A stretch of DNA of 62,587 bases, from contig JBFLWV010000010.1 in the NCBI GenBank assembly GCA_040757655.1, positions 1 to 62,587 on the forward strand. Direction: 5' to 3'. This document shows, in pieces, positions 44,101 through 53,416 of the stretch. Within the stretch, counting starts at the first letter, position 1; the number at the start of each line of letters is the position of its first letter. Below the pieces are notes generated by a model, which searched no databases, had not been told where the DNA came from, and saw only the letters and a list, made by a program, of their open reading frames with translations. Both the position numbers and the translations under genes were made by a program. Origin of the DNA: Patescibacteria group bacterium. GTDB taxonomy: Bacteria > Patescibacteriota > Patescibacteriia > 2-02-FULL-49-11.

Positions 44101-46051
44101 TCGGGGGACATGAGGAATAACATCTTTGATTCGTGGTTGTCGAGCAGGTATTTGCCGCAGTACACGACTCTCCCGCAGGGCACGAAGGCGCGCATTTCTG
44201 CGTCTTCGTGATGGAACAGTGACCTTCGCCCCAATTAAGCCCCACCTTCGCATACCCTGATATATCCTTGATAAAGTGTACCTTTGAGGGGGTGTCAAAG
44301 GTAAGGTTTGCCCTGCCGGTTGATCCTTCAAGCGCGACAGGATTTGCGCAGTAGCCCATAGGGTCGAGCGCATCACAGATGCCAAGATCAAAACACAGGT
44401 CATCGTATTTGCCCTGTTGATTCTTCAAACGCACGGAAGACCTGCAGTAGAGCCAATTCTTGCACACGCGGTCGCGATCCACCTTCATGATCACATTCGC
44501 ATCCGGCTCGATCGCAGGGCAGGCGGGTACTGATACTCTCCAATATTTTGGGCCTGCACTCTCTGGTGGATTCGCAATTGCCGCGGTAATGTTGACGCAA
44601 TACTGGAAGCGGCATTGCGCGGGAGCAGTACAATCGCTATTACTGGTGCAGGTGTTAAAAGGCAGCTTTGAACATATACCATTCGTTAATGAAAGCGGTG
44701 TAGCCACCGTCGCGTGGGAAAGGCTGTACGTGTTATCAGTCCGTGAAGAAGCCGCTCCGCTTACTGTACAAGATCCGAGACCCCATGGGATGCTTTCCCA
44801 TGCTACTGTCCCAAGCGCAGGCTTTGTCGTGCCATAGGTCACACGGAAGGAGCGACACGTAATATCAGAGATACCCACGTCAATAATCCGCAATATGTCT
44901 GCTTCGCTCTCACTCACGATGAATTGTCCTTGGTAAGTCGCGTCCACATAACCAGTAGCAGTACAGGTGATCGTGAAATTATAAGTTGCGCCCGGCGTCA
45001 ATCCGCCCAACTCCACCTTATGGTTAATGGGAGGGTTGCCTGTGCCAGTACTTGACACGGGACCGCCGCTGGCGCCGGGGGGTTGCACTTGGGTGTACGT
45101 GGTATTACAACTCGCACCCACTGGCGTTTCAGGATCAGTGTTCCAAATAATCGTTTCTGTTCTCGGTGCTGAAGTCAAGCTATTGACACTCAGAATAGTC
45201 AGCTGTTCCATGGTGGGAGGTCTGCACGGCCTTGAGCAGCACACGGTGGTAGGATCAGCGTCTGGATATTCTGTACCGCCGTCATAACACCCCTCTCCTA
45301 CCCCGCAAATGAACCCTCCCCATCCATCAGGAGAAGGCGGTGTACAAGGAAGCGCGCCCACGATGGTATAGGAACCGTTGTGCACCTTTGTGCGGTCAAG
45401 GATATCCGCAGTACCGCCGTTGGACGCAACCATGACCACGTGGGAATCCGTGAGGTTGAATTCTACTGGGGTCGTGACAGGTAATGGATCAGTGGGAGGG
45501 ACGATGGTCCTGAACCTAAGTGATACAAAATATGCAGTTGTGCTTCTCTCCCCTGGATAGGGTGCGCCGCGCACGAGGTGTATGACATTACATCCCGGAA
45601 TCGTAGTAGGACAACTCGTGGGCGTACCTGCGGCTGCATTACCCGGCACCACTTCCCGCGTCACCTCTTCCGTAAAGAGCGAATCTCCAAGTTCAATGCA
45701 CCGATCCTCACCACTGACACAAATCTTGTGTGAAATATCAAGATATTGCGGATCGTAGAAAATATACATTTCCACCGCGTAAATATCCTGGGGGGTTGGA
45801 TTTATAATATCCACCTCCACACTAAGCGTAGCATTATTCGCCACCATGCCCGTGGCAGGTTTAAGCACCAACTCTGCATTAACAATTGCGGGAGGCGAAG
45901 GCGCTACCTGCGCGAGGATAAACCCTATCCCTGCCGCAACCGCCAAAAATATCACGATCTTCACCCACAGGGAAAGCGCGCTGAACCATCCTCTGAACCG
46001 CGTCCAGAGATAACGAGGAGTAAGCGTCATTTGATGCTGATCATTCGGCAT
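41117..46051 (-). CDS. Giant secreted or cell-surface protein (1644 aa): N-terminal TM anchor, cohesin-like domain, CBM4/9-like module, many Cys-rich segments
   Basis: TM helix VKIVIFLAVAAGIGFILAQV. The segment LVLKPATG..LSVEVDIINP..IYAVEMYIFYDPQYLDI is cohesin-like, and QNGNFESGYASPWRAQ is CBM-like. More than 90 Cys. Confidence 0.75.
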   Translation of the reverse strand: MPNDQHQMTLTPRYLWTRFRGWFSALSLWVKIVIFLAVAAGIGFILAQVAPSPPAIVNAELVLKPATGMVANNATLSVEVDIINPTPQDIYAVEMYIFYDPQYLDISHKICVSGEDRCIELGDSLFTEEVTREVVPGNAAAGTPTSCPTTIPGCNVIHLVRGAPYPGERSTTAYFVSLRFRTIVPPTDPLPVTTPVEFNLTDSHVVMVASNGGTADILDRTKVHNGSYTIVGALPCTPPSPDGWGGFICGVGEGCYDGGTEYPDADPTTVCCSRPCRPPTMEQLTILSVNSLTSAPRTETIIWNTDPETPVGASCNTTYTQVQPPGASGGPVSSTGTGNPPINHKVELGGLTPGATYNFTITCTATGYVDATYQGQFIVSESEADILRIIDVGISDITCRSFRVTYGTTKPALGTVAWESIPWGLGSCTVSGAASSRTDNTYSLSHATVATPLSLTNGICSKLPFNTCTSNSDCTAPAQCRFQYCVNITAAIANPPESAGPKYWRVSVPACPAIEPDANVIMKVDRDRVCKNWLYCRSSVRLKNQQGKYDDLCFDLGICDALDPMGYCANPVALEGSTGRANLTFDTPSKVHFIKDISGYAKVGLNWGEGHCSITKTQKCAPSCPAGESCTAANTCSTTTNQRCYSSCPPTETCILDTRIEGLYPYVRMDEVGRLLKVQNGNFESGYASPWRAQNKASLYVYRKPGDTVNSSFALKVVPGEPRWSGAYVPLGAFNTTPGLDPLMLTFRARTDQNEGYCEEDIDEPCSTSADCPWIPDKDRNQACLYKTIAVQLAVNGRDYHNFVIGKGAQRVTLGYGWATYQMRLGTKAEDGALPLSVSGQANLQFVQGASSSESPSAIYIDEVSLQPVLTVAKVSTIPRSCRTYPKPDAPACDFLEEETGKEYRGWKGYCVERQDPDPERAFDSKNDCLIWWPVDVLLGASDLFAGGEVVGYKGRKPLYYCLESKGDWPYYDRKIMSANYLQWDGGADRKLFSVNVIGLHILKNEIIEVRVNDIEMDDTKDDPWACFMRNDSKDINPSLEGKKGTIILNQMNKDHWSDGFLSSKNCGGGVTAAHNPHTYLRCEANDHEDDCRMVSARLEFNPYDELTNLEVFFKNVSGDGRIKASSATITYRGERCNVIAQVVTPEGDAIPYTSRLEPGGFRPPYNAPHYPYTQDYEPYGGLVPPKGAGVDPGDPTTWPGPAYVEAPLTQQAGAEPPYQYRAGSPYGMRFVGGCGDWRDATGAAVATGPSLYCQYDSDCRTQQLTGTCFIKTCAAPAGTEGQWCATDNDCDDIGQCIEIQGEYEPEYRCDNLSATSCSASDIGNDAACHVYGTCSVTTRKEGGRVCLTGGDDRVGKSCEENPDCGYVEGDVGSPGICAGVDKPKEVKLWENFYKAMYDATFMGAAKGEDTLKKLFAKVYGVWAFDERTKKYAFCSCKYNATTCPNVPAACTVEAWDTVGLSTGPSMQPRVGEMRIQYLPNIIEHAGGVVLEFTANVHPDHKPLAGYRVEWGDGSPVTEVAGLRSAERSTLSDPYLVTHTYECGEGGKQVGRDDLPDCGTVVNGLTLDENCWDSSEGVCKFKPFVQVTDNWGLCNGNCAPAVCAGSLCAAPYRYDNVFYRAPTGVSDQPLPVWTPYGGEIRVKP

Positions 46052-46076
46052 ATACGACCTATAGGACTTATAAGAC

Positions 46077-46739
46077 TTATTTCACCATAAACACATCATC
46101 CCTTATTTCACTGAATTGGTATTTCTCCGCGGTCATATATGGCACAAACTGCGACTCTTTTGCGTCAATGGTGAATTTCACCTCTCCTGCCTTCAAAGGC
46201 TTCACCCGCAAACTCGTAAACAGACCACTCCCTGCAAACCCTCCCTCGCCGCCTTTTGCGCCGGGCCCTGGAATAAAGCGCACGAGCTCAATCCTGCCAC
46301 GAGTATCCAAAGCACCCGGAGGATTTACTTCCATTGGCAGGCTCGTATCTTTTGCATTCTGTCCTAAAAACGCAACCTGTGTTGGGTCAAAGGTAAGCAC
46401 GGCGCGCACGACCGTGATGTGCGTGTCATAGGTATTGAAACGAACCTCGACCAACCCTTCCTTGCCCACGCTCAAACTCTTCCCTTCAGGAAGCGAGAGG
46501 GAAATCGCGCCTTTGAGGTCTGGCCGTTTGAGGGGTACTGGTTGAGATTTCTTCTGCGCAGGCAAGGGTGGCGGGACCTCCCGCGGCGACGGCTTCGGAG
46601 TAAAGTAATTGACTGCAAGCGCCACGAGCACCACGCCAGAGAGAATCCCTAATAGCGCCAAGAGACGGAAGGAAGAACGATTTTTTCCTTCTATGGGAGG
46701 AGTATTCGTATTTTCTGTAGATGAGTTTTGAGTAGGCAT
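46077..46739 (-). CDS. Membrane-anchored cohesin-like domain protein (220 aa)
   Basis: The ATG at 46739 (MPTQNSS...) is preferred. It has a TM helix, then ISLSLPEGKSLSVGKEGLVEVRFNTYDTHITVVRAVLTFDPTQVAF...GSGLFTSLRVKPLKAGEVKF. The longer ORF version overlaps the upstream giant gene. Confidence 0.6.
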   Translation of the reverse strand: MPTQNSSTENTNTPPIEGKNRSSFRLLALLGILSGVVLVALAVNYFTPKPSPREVPPPLPAQKKSQPVPLKRPDLKGAISLSLPEGKSLSVGKEGLVEVRFNTYDTHITVVRAVLTFDPTQVAFLGQNAKDTSLPMEVNPPGALDTRGRIELVRFIPGPGAKGGEGGFAGSGLFTSLRVKPLKAGEVKFTIDAKESQFVPYMTAEKYQFSEIRDDVFMVK

Positions 46740-46809
46740 AGGGCAATTACTAATTGTGTTAAATTCCAAATCCCAATTCCATTTTGCATTTTGGGATTTG
46801 GATTTTGGA

Positions 46810-49800
46810 TTAATACTTATTTTGTTGGTACCCGCACGTTCCTCCAGCGTCACAATCGCTATCAATAACGCACGGCTGCGGATCCCCTGCGGGAGAGTTT
46901 GAACAGTACTTTGCCGTGATGATCGTATCAGGTCCTCTGCCAGTCTCATGCAGCCCCACGCAGCCCGCTTCAGGATCCAGCACGCCGTTGCACTCACCCT
47001 CCTGGCTCGAAATTTTATCTTTTGGCGCATAGAGGAAATCGCATGCAACCACCGAACAGGTGCCGCCAGGACCGGGGGGAGTTGCCGCAGTACTGCACTG
47101 CGCATCGGTGGTGCAGGTGAAGGGAGTGGCACCTTCACTGCATACCTTTTGTCCATACACAAGCGTTTTATTGCACCCCTCTGGCAGCCGCGGATCCTGA
47201 TACTCGGTGCAGGTGGATACTTGTGGACTGCACTTTGCCACTGCATTTGAGCATGTTCCCCTACTTCCTGGTCGAGCAAAATCAAGACAATCATTATCGC
47301 TCACGCAGAGATTCCTTTCCTTATACGTCACGCCATTGGCGTCAGCGGTGAGATTTTTGCTTCTTCCCCCAATGCAGTGACCCAAAGGACGGCACGTCGC
47401 GCCTGCAGGACACCTCGTACCCACGTTGGCAGCAGTACAACTCCGATACGGCGCGTTGGAACACACACTCGTCACGGTGGGACAAGGAATAGAAGAGCCG
47501 ATCTCATACCACGTGGTCACGGTGCCTTCTGTCTTATATTCACAGACATAGCCGGTAGGATCTTTAAATACTTTCCTTGACTGGCTCGCATCAGTGCCGG
47601 TCCATGTGGCGCAATATTCTTCGGGCAGTGTGCACAGGCTCGTACTCTTCCCTACCTCGTCGCTGAATGTGTCTGGATCAACCATCACGATCGTATCCGC
47701 AAACGTGCTCGTGGCAACCCCGCTCGCGGAATTCCAAAATGCCACGCTTGCCTGCCCCAGCAGGGTACATCCTGCCTGCGTGTTCGTGCATGAGGCATCT
47801 ATGGAAGGAATGAGGTAGGTGAGCGTATCCGCAGGCACGGTGAGCGCTGAGGCGGGGCTATAGATGCGCCCTGCGTCAGTGGAGTTATAGAATGTCTGCT
47901 CAGCAGGATTGCTTGAATTCTGCGTGTCAATCAAGACCTCGCATCCCACAAACCGTTCAGGACATAGCGTAGAAAATTGTTTGAAATAGAAGGTTGTATC
48001 TGTCCCTCCTTGCCGGTACGCGGCGCAGTTGAGCTGGGCGCCTATCACTGTGGCTATTGGCGGAACTTGACTATTCTGATCGCAGGTCTCTGGCGTATAC
48101 CAACTATCCTTGATCGCGTACACCTGCGCAGTTTGCAGGACCACATTGTCAAGGTAGGTATAGGCGAAAGGACTCATCCTCACTTGCGCAGGCCCGGCGC
48201 TTGTTGCAGTAAACGGCCCAAGCGTATATGAGTTCCACGATGTGGTTACATTAGCCGCGTAGGACGCGGGAGTGGCCACCGGCACTTGTCCGGTGTTATC
48301 AACAAGTGAAACAGTTATCGTGCCCGCGGTATCAGCCCGCGCCCAGAATTTCACGTTATAGAGCTTGCCGGTTTCAAGAGAAAACCCAGGCCGGTAGGCA
48401 TTCAGTCCAACAATTTTGAGCGAATGGTTATTCAACACCGCTGCTTCATTGGAAACGGAAAGCGTGGTGGCCGCATCAGGATGCCACGGCTCATACGATC
48501 CGCTCTCGAACGTATCAGAGAAAAATGTCTGTACATTGCCGCCATCGCCTCTCCGATACTCACGGCAACCGGCAGAGAAGGGTGCGCATGTGGTGCTATA
48601 GGTGGGAATTGCCTTATATACGCAATTATTTCCCTGCATGGTTCCCCGATGGCTCGTACACCACGCGGCTGCGGTCTCGAGGAGCGTACGCCGCAGGGGA
48701 TGGCAATCGTCTGATGCGATGATCACTTTTGAGAAATAACGGTAGTAGTAATTAAGGTTGCCATCAATAAACTGCCGACAATCAAGATCGGGGGTGGGGG
48801 AATTGAAATCATTTTCACAATCAATGCCATCAGGGCTCCGCGACGGATCTACTTGCTTTTGTCCTGTCACCGCGGGCGCGGTATTCGGGCCGCCGCTGGG
48901 AATCAATGTCCACACCTTCAGCTGAAAACCCGTCGTATCTGATCCTTCCCACGTGTAGTAGGGCGCCTCGCCGCTCCCGAGCTGTTCGCATTGCATGAGC
49001 GCCGTGTAGTACTCCTTGCCCTCGCCTCCCCGCGCCACCTCATCAAGGTTCGTGAATTCATCGCACCCCACGTCTTGCGCAGGACAGGATTGAGCGGTAG
49101 CGGGTATGAAATTAACCCCAGGACTAAACCCAATGGCTGCTTCAAAATTCGTTTCCCTCTGTTCAAACTTTTTATATCCCACGCACTCTGCCGGACACTC
49201 ATCATTCCAATCCGTGACATTGCCTTCCACATCAATAGAGGCCATGGTTGGCTTTGCAGGAATTGCCACTTGCAATTCCGTCGGATCAAGCGGCGTATAA
49301 AGGTTACATCCTACATACTTACTCTTTTCCTCAAGCGACGCCGCGGGATCTGAAGAACCAATGCATGATTCGGCAGTGTTATTTAAGTATACCGACTCAG
49401 TTTCTCGCTCATTAAAATTCCGGTAAGAATCAGTGCCCGCGATGACATTATTAAGCAGCGTAGTGTATTCCGCGGGTGTGAGGAGGTGTTTCGCCTCATC
49501 CTTATGCCGTATGCGAACATAATCTTTGCACCCCACTGCGTTCGGCTCTTTACACGCAGCTTCAGCCATATTTAAGGCGCTTTGGTTTAAGAAATAATTA
49601 TCTGCTGCTGCCACGCTATTCACCCATCCTCCCGCATCCCTGCGTCTTGTGTAGCGGCGGCACCCTTCGGACGCCGTTCGCGTACAACCCTCTGCATCAG
49701 TGGTATTCATGAGGAAGCTTACTGCTTGCTCTGATCCTGTTTTTTTAAGCTCCAAACATGAGGCAAACTGCGCAGGACACGACTCGCCCAAGGTCCACAC

Positions 49801-51747
49801 TTGTTTTTCCTTCACGCAATATCCATACGCGAGACACCCTTCTGACCCCCCTTCAACTATACACGTACGTTCCTTACTGCAGACATTTGCGCGATCGATA
49901 GGAGGGGTGGCGATATCGGGTGGGCAGGCAATAAAGCCATCGCCATTCGTGTCAGTATCGCAGATGGGCGTTTGAAGTTCGCTCGTGTTGTCTTCACCTG
50001 GCCCCTCGCTGTAGCAGCGGCTAAGAGGCGCTTTCAGAATCCAGTTCGGATCTACCAACCGGCAATATGGTGAGAGCGGACGACCAGCTTGTCCACATTC
50101 GTCATACGCGTCTAGAAGCTGACCTAATGTCACCATTTGTCGCGAGAAATCTCTCATATAGAGGGCAGCAAGCTCCCATCCCACGGGCACGATGCGGTAC
50201 TTCCGCATAATCACAATCGAGCGGTAGGGAATGCCTTGGTCCCACTTTGGCTGCGCGCCATTGGTTTCAAATCCAAAGGTCAAGTTGCGGGAGAGGAGTC
50301 CTTTGCATTTTGGACAGCTGCCAATGGGTTCCACTGCTTCGCGGAGAGACAGTTTTTGTTCAATCGCCTGACGGAAATCGTCGGTGAGCACGCAATGCTC
50401 CTGCAGAGGGACTCCTGATCCTGAAGCAGTGCAGGTGGACAATTCATTTAAGAGATCTATCGCGCTATCGGTCGTGAAATCCGTTTTCATGATATCGGCA
50501 AATGCAAGTTGCGCGCCTGCGGTAAAGCCGATGAGGCCGCTTGAAGGGCCGTAGCTTGAGAGCGAACGGTCGGTTGCCGGATTAAACCCTCCGCTCGTGA
50601 TGCGCTTGAAGAGTTTGGAGACCAAGGTATTGGTAAAGACCTTAAACGCGTCTGCAACCGCATTGCCGGTAAAGGTGAGGTAGGTGCTGTAGGATTTCTC
50701 GGTGAGCGCTTTTTCGATCGCTTCGGATTTGAGCGATGCGGGTGTCTTGATTTCACCAGTCACCAAATCTTCCACCGGTTGGAAGCCCTTTGTTTCCTCA
50801 CGTTTATAGATGCCTGCTTTCTGCGCCTCAATTTTAGTCCGATACCCATCTGCGACGATAGAGAGCACAGCGCCGAGATCATTCTCCGAAGGATTGAAGT
50901 ACGTGGCAAATTTGGGGAGGTCTTTGAGTTTCAACCGCCGATAGTTGGTGCGGAAAATATCCATGCCATTGACTCGCACCGATGCCTGCGGTAAATTCTT
51001 TCTAATCTGACTAAAGGTACACAAAGGCTTTGAAGGCTCTAAAATTTCACGCGCCGACAGCTTGATTTTTGCTTCAATATCTACAGAAATGGGGGTGCAG
51101 AGAGTAAGCTTCCGATGAAGCGTATCGCGGAGTTTTGCACGGCTCCCTGCGGTTTTCGCGTTCTGCGCTTGTATTTTCTCATTCTTCGCGAGACAAGCCA
51201 TGAACTTACTTATCAATTGTTGTTCTGCTGGCGTATTTGGATTTGCAGGTTGACCTGTTTCGGGATCATAGAAAGCTTCACAAAAAGGTCCTGCGCCTAA
51301 ATCAACGATCTCGCCACTTAAACAATATTTCGCGCACTCTTCAAGTTGTCCTGCCATGGTCGCCACGTCAATCCCTACTTCAACGCCTGTTGTTAAAAAT
51401 TCCCCGAGCGCTTGATCGCCTACCCCGCCTTCGCCAAAAAGATAATTGCCCCAACCCTTCGTAATAAAAGCAGGCTTGCCGCCTTGTCCGCCGCTTCCCA
51501 AGTAATTCGCAGTGTCATACGCAATCCTATTCAAAAACATCTGCAACCCGCTCTTGTACGCGACCGCCACCACGGTTTTTAAGGCTTTATCTACTACTTT
51601 CCAAACCTTATCTGCAATATCCACCACCGGCATACCAGTCGCAAACACGCTACGCGGGTGCGATAATGTGCCAGCCGCAATAAATCCCAAAACCGTGAGG
51701 AGGGTGATGATAGTAATCGCGATCTTCCGTGGTGGCCTTAAAAACAT
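46810..51747 (-). CDS. Giant secreted or cell-surface protein (1645 aa): N-terminal TM anchor, CBM4/9-like module, Cys-rich repeats
   Basis: TM helix IAITIITLLTVLGFIAAG and the CBM-like segment FSDTFESGSYEPWHPD...LYNVKFWARAD. Many CxxC-type pairs. Confidence 0.75.
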   Translation of the reverse strand: MFLRPPRKIAITIITLLTVLGFIAAGTLSHPRSVFATGMPVVDIADKVWKVVDKALKTVVAVAYKSGLQMFLNRIAYDTANYLGSGGQGGKPAFITKGWGNYLFGEGGVGDQALGEFLTTGVEVGIDVATMAGQLEECAKYCLSGEIVDLGAGPFCEAFYDPETGQPANPNTPAEQQLISKFMACLAKNEKIQAQNAKTAGSRAKLRDTLHRKLTLCTPISVDIEAKIKLSAREILEPSKPLCTFSQIRKNLPQASVRVNGMDIFRTNYRRLKLKDLPKFATYFNPSENDLGAVLSIVADGYRTKIEAQKAGIYKREETKGFQPVEDLVTGEIKTPASLKSEAIEKALTEKSYSTYLTFTGNAVADAFKVFTNTLVSKLFKRITSGGFNPATDRSLSSYGPSSGLIGFTAGAQLAFADIMKTDFTTDSAIDLLNELSTCTASGSGVPLQEHCVLTDDFRQAIEQKLSLREAVEPIGSCPKCKGLLSRNLTFGFETNGAQPKWDQGIPYRSIVIMRKYRIVPVGWELAALYMRDFSRQMVTLGQLLDAYDECGQAGRPLSPYCRLVDPNWILKAPLSRCYSEGPGEDNTSELQTPICDTDTNGDGFIACPPDIATPPIDRANVCSKERTCIVEGGSEGCLAYGYCVKEKQVWTLGESCPAQFASCLELKKTGSEQAVSFLMNTTDAEGCTRTASEGCRRYTRRRDAGGWVNSVAAADNYFLNQSALNMAEAACKEPNAVGCKDYVRIRHKDEAKHLLTPAEYTTLLNNVIAGTDSYRNFNERETESVYLNNTAESCIGSSDPAASLEEKSKYVGCNLYTPLDPTELQVAIPAKPTMASIDVEGNVTDWNDECPAECVGYKKFEQRETNFEAAIGFSPGVNFIPATAQSCPAQDVGCDEFTNLDEVARGGEGKEYYTALMQCEQLGSGEAPYYTWEGSDTTGFQLKVWTLIPSGGPNTAPAVTGQKQVDPSRSPDGIDCENDFNSPTPDLDCRQFIDGNLNYYYRYFSKVIIASDDCHPLRRTLLETAAAWCTSHRGTMQGNNCVYKAIPTYSTTCAPFSAGCREYRRGDGGNVQTFFSDTFESGSYEPWHPDAATTLSVSNEAAVLNNHSLKIVGLNAYRPGFSLETGKLYNVKFWARADTAGTITVSLVDNTGQVPVATPASYAANVTTSWNSYTLGPFTATSAGPAQVRMSPFAYTYLDNVVLQTAQVYAIKDSWYTPETCDQNSQVPPIATVIGAQLNCAAYRQGGTDTTFYFKQFSTLCPERFVGCEVLIDTQNSSNPAEQTFYNSTDAGRIYSPASALTVPADTLTYLIPSIDASCTNTQAGCTLLGQASVAFWNSASGVATSTFADTIVMVDPDTFSDEVGKSTSLCTLPEEYCATWTGTDASQSRKVFKDPTGYVCEYKTEGTVTTWYEIGSSIPCPTVTSVCSNAPYRSCTAANVGTRCPAGATCRPLGHCIGGRSKNLTADANGVTYKERNLCVSDNDCLDFARPGSRGTCSNAVAKCSPQVSTCTEYQDPRLPEGCNKTLVYGQKVCSEGATPFTCTTDAQCSTAATPPGPGGTCSVVACDFLYAPKDKISSQEGECNGVLDPEAGCVGLHETGRGPDTIITAKYCSNSPAGDPQPCVIDSDCDAGGTCGYQQNKY

Positions 51748-51781
51748 AATTTCTTTATCGTGAGAGTCTACAAATCGCCCT

Positions 51782-52141
51782 TCAAGGCACAGCGAACATG
51801 AGGCCGGTCCCCTGAATATAAGGACCGATGCTCACCCCAAAACCTATAATACTGCCTCTCTTCCTTACGATACCTATGATGGGCGGCCGTGTCGGTCCTT
51901 TCAATAACATTTGCTTCCCCCGTGGCCCTTGAAGAGTGACAATCAGATCGCTGCAAACAAGGGGAAGAGGCGCGGGACATGGCGCCGGCACTATTGCGGT
52001 CACCTTGCCGCCAACGACCATCTTAGCCGCACGTGTACCCACGGATGCATACACTATTGACACCACGCCGATATTCAACACGAATATCATGGAGAAAAAA
52101 TAAATCCATCGCTTATAATTTTGTTTGATGTGTTTTACCAT
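51782..52141 (-). CDS. Small membrane-anchored hypothetical protein
   Basis: 119 aa with N-terminal TM helix IYFFSMIFVLNIGVVSIVYA. First gene after the four-helix-bundle element. Confidence 0.45.
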   Translation of the reverse strand: MVKHIKQNYKRWIYFFSMIFVLNIGVVSIVYASVGTRAAKMVVGGKVTAIVPAPCPAPLPLVCSDLIVTLQGPRGKQMLLKGPTRPPIIGIVRKRGSIIGFGVSIGPYIQGTGLMFAVP

Positions 52142-52272
52142 AAAATCTTTATATCACAATGAGGAGAATGACGAGGAGAGAGAATAATTTACGACGAGAA
52201 GAAAAATGCACCATATCCTATAAATCCAAATCCCAAAAACCAAAATCCAAAATGATAATAAATAATGTAGAA

Positions 52273-52650
52273 TTATCGTCTATCCTTCATGGTAAGTATG
52301 CTTGCGCCGATTATCTTCGCAATCTCCACGTTTTCACGGTACAAAACTTCAATTTCGTTCCGCAACCCGCTCTCCACGGTTTCGCGCAGAACCATTAACC
52401 AATAGGTCGTCTCATTCGCGGATTTGAGCGCAATTTCAAAATAGTGGATGTAGTCTTTCTTGGAACCAGAACCTTTCGCTTCCACGACATTCGCGCCGAT
52501 CGAGCCGCCGCTGCGAATGGACTGATCCACGAGCGACCATAAGAGTTTATTGCGCTCTTTGACCTTTTCTCCCAATCTAATGAGGGCTATCGTAAACCGT
52601 ATGAGCCTGCGGATAAAGTCCTTTTTGAATTGTTCTTTATCATTTTGCAT
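52273..52650 (-). CDS. Four-helix-bundle protein (23S rRNA IVS-protein family)
   Basis: Clear sequence similarity by eye to the protein at 40583..40987 (QSIRSGGSIGANVVEAKGSGSKKDYIHYFEIALKSANETTYW). Flanked by inverted repeat arms. Confidence 0.85.
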   Translation of the reverse strand: MQNDKEQFKKDFIRRLIRFTIALIRLGEKVKERNKLLWSLVDQSIRSGGSIGANVVEAKGSGSKKDYIHYFEIALKSANETTYWLMVLRETVESGLRNEIEVLYRENVEIAKIIGASILTMKDRR

Positions 52651-52676
52651 TTTGGGATTTGGATTTTGGATTAGGG

Positions 52677-53330
52677 TTATTGCCCTTGCTGCTGCACCGT
52701 CTGCTCTTGTTCTTTCAGCGTTTCCTGGTACATCTGCATCAGGGTCGCGTCGTCAATCTGCTTGAGCTGTTCTTCCGTCACCTGGCCGGTCTGGAGGAGA
52801 AGTTTCCGAAGTTCGCTCGGCGTCATGCTTGAGAGGTCTGGAGGAGGCGCAGGATTCTCGCTGCTCGGAGCAGGGGGGTTGAGTTCATTAAACTGCGGTG
52901 ATGAATCTGCCTGCGCAGGCGCACTCGTGCGGCATTCCGTGCCCTTCGGGCAATTCGGATCATTATTGGAATCAATTTCCACCTTGTCGGTATACGTATC
53001 GCCATCTGAATCTTTAAGATAAGGCGAGGTGCCATACACATTCAGCTCATCCCAGTCAGAGAGCCCATCGCTGTCCGTGTCCTTTGTTTTTAATTCTTCG
53101 CCACTTGCTGAAAACTGCGCTCCCGCTTGCGGGATAGCGCTCACGCTCCCTGAACCTTCTTGATTGGCAGAACCCGTGGAGAGCTCCAAATCGCGCCAAA
53201 TCTTAAAACCCCCTAAGGAGAGCGCTAAAAACCCAAAAAATAAAATAGACCCAAATAATACTTTTGGGCTTATCCCTTGAGAAGACTTACCTTCTTCGCT
53301 TATGTTTTGCGGCAAAGAGGAGTTAGCCAT
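52677..53330 (-). CDS. Secreted protein with thrombospondin type-3-like calcium-binding repeats
   Basis: TM/signal helix, then DTDSDGLSDWDELNVYGTSPYLKDSDGDTYTDKVEIDSNNDP. Confidence 0.65.
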   Translation of the reverse strand: MANSSLPQNISEEGKSSQGISPKVLFGSILFFGFLALSLGGFKIWRDLELSTGSANQEGSGSVSAIPQAGAQFSASGEELKTKDTDSDGLSDWDELNVYGTSPYLKDSDGDTYTDKVEIDSNNDPNCPKGTECRTSAPAQADSSPQFNELNPPAPSSENPAPPPDLSSMTPSELRKLLLQTGQVTEEQLKQIDDATLMQMYQETLKEQEQTVQQQGQ

Positions 53331-53416
53331 CTATTATATTTTATCTTTATTTTAACGAAGAGAAAATAGGAAAATGCTGATAACAATATAGCATAAAATT
53401 GTATTCTTGTCAAAAA

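Noticed and set aside
46740-47294. 5' extension of the cohesin-like gene ORF (405-aa version).
   Set aside because: The extension overlaps the 3' end of the 1645-aa gene in another frame and crosses the intergenic repeat. The internal ATG at 46739 gives a sensible start followed by a TM helix.
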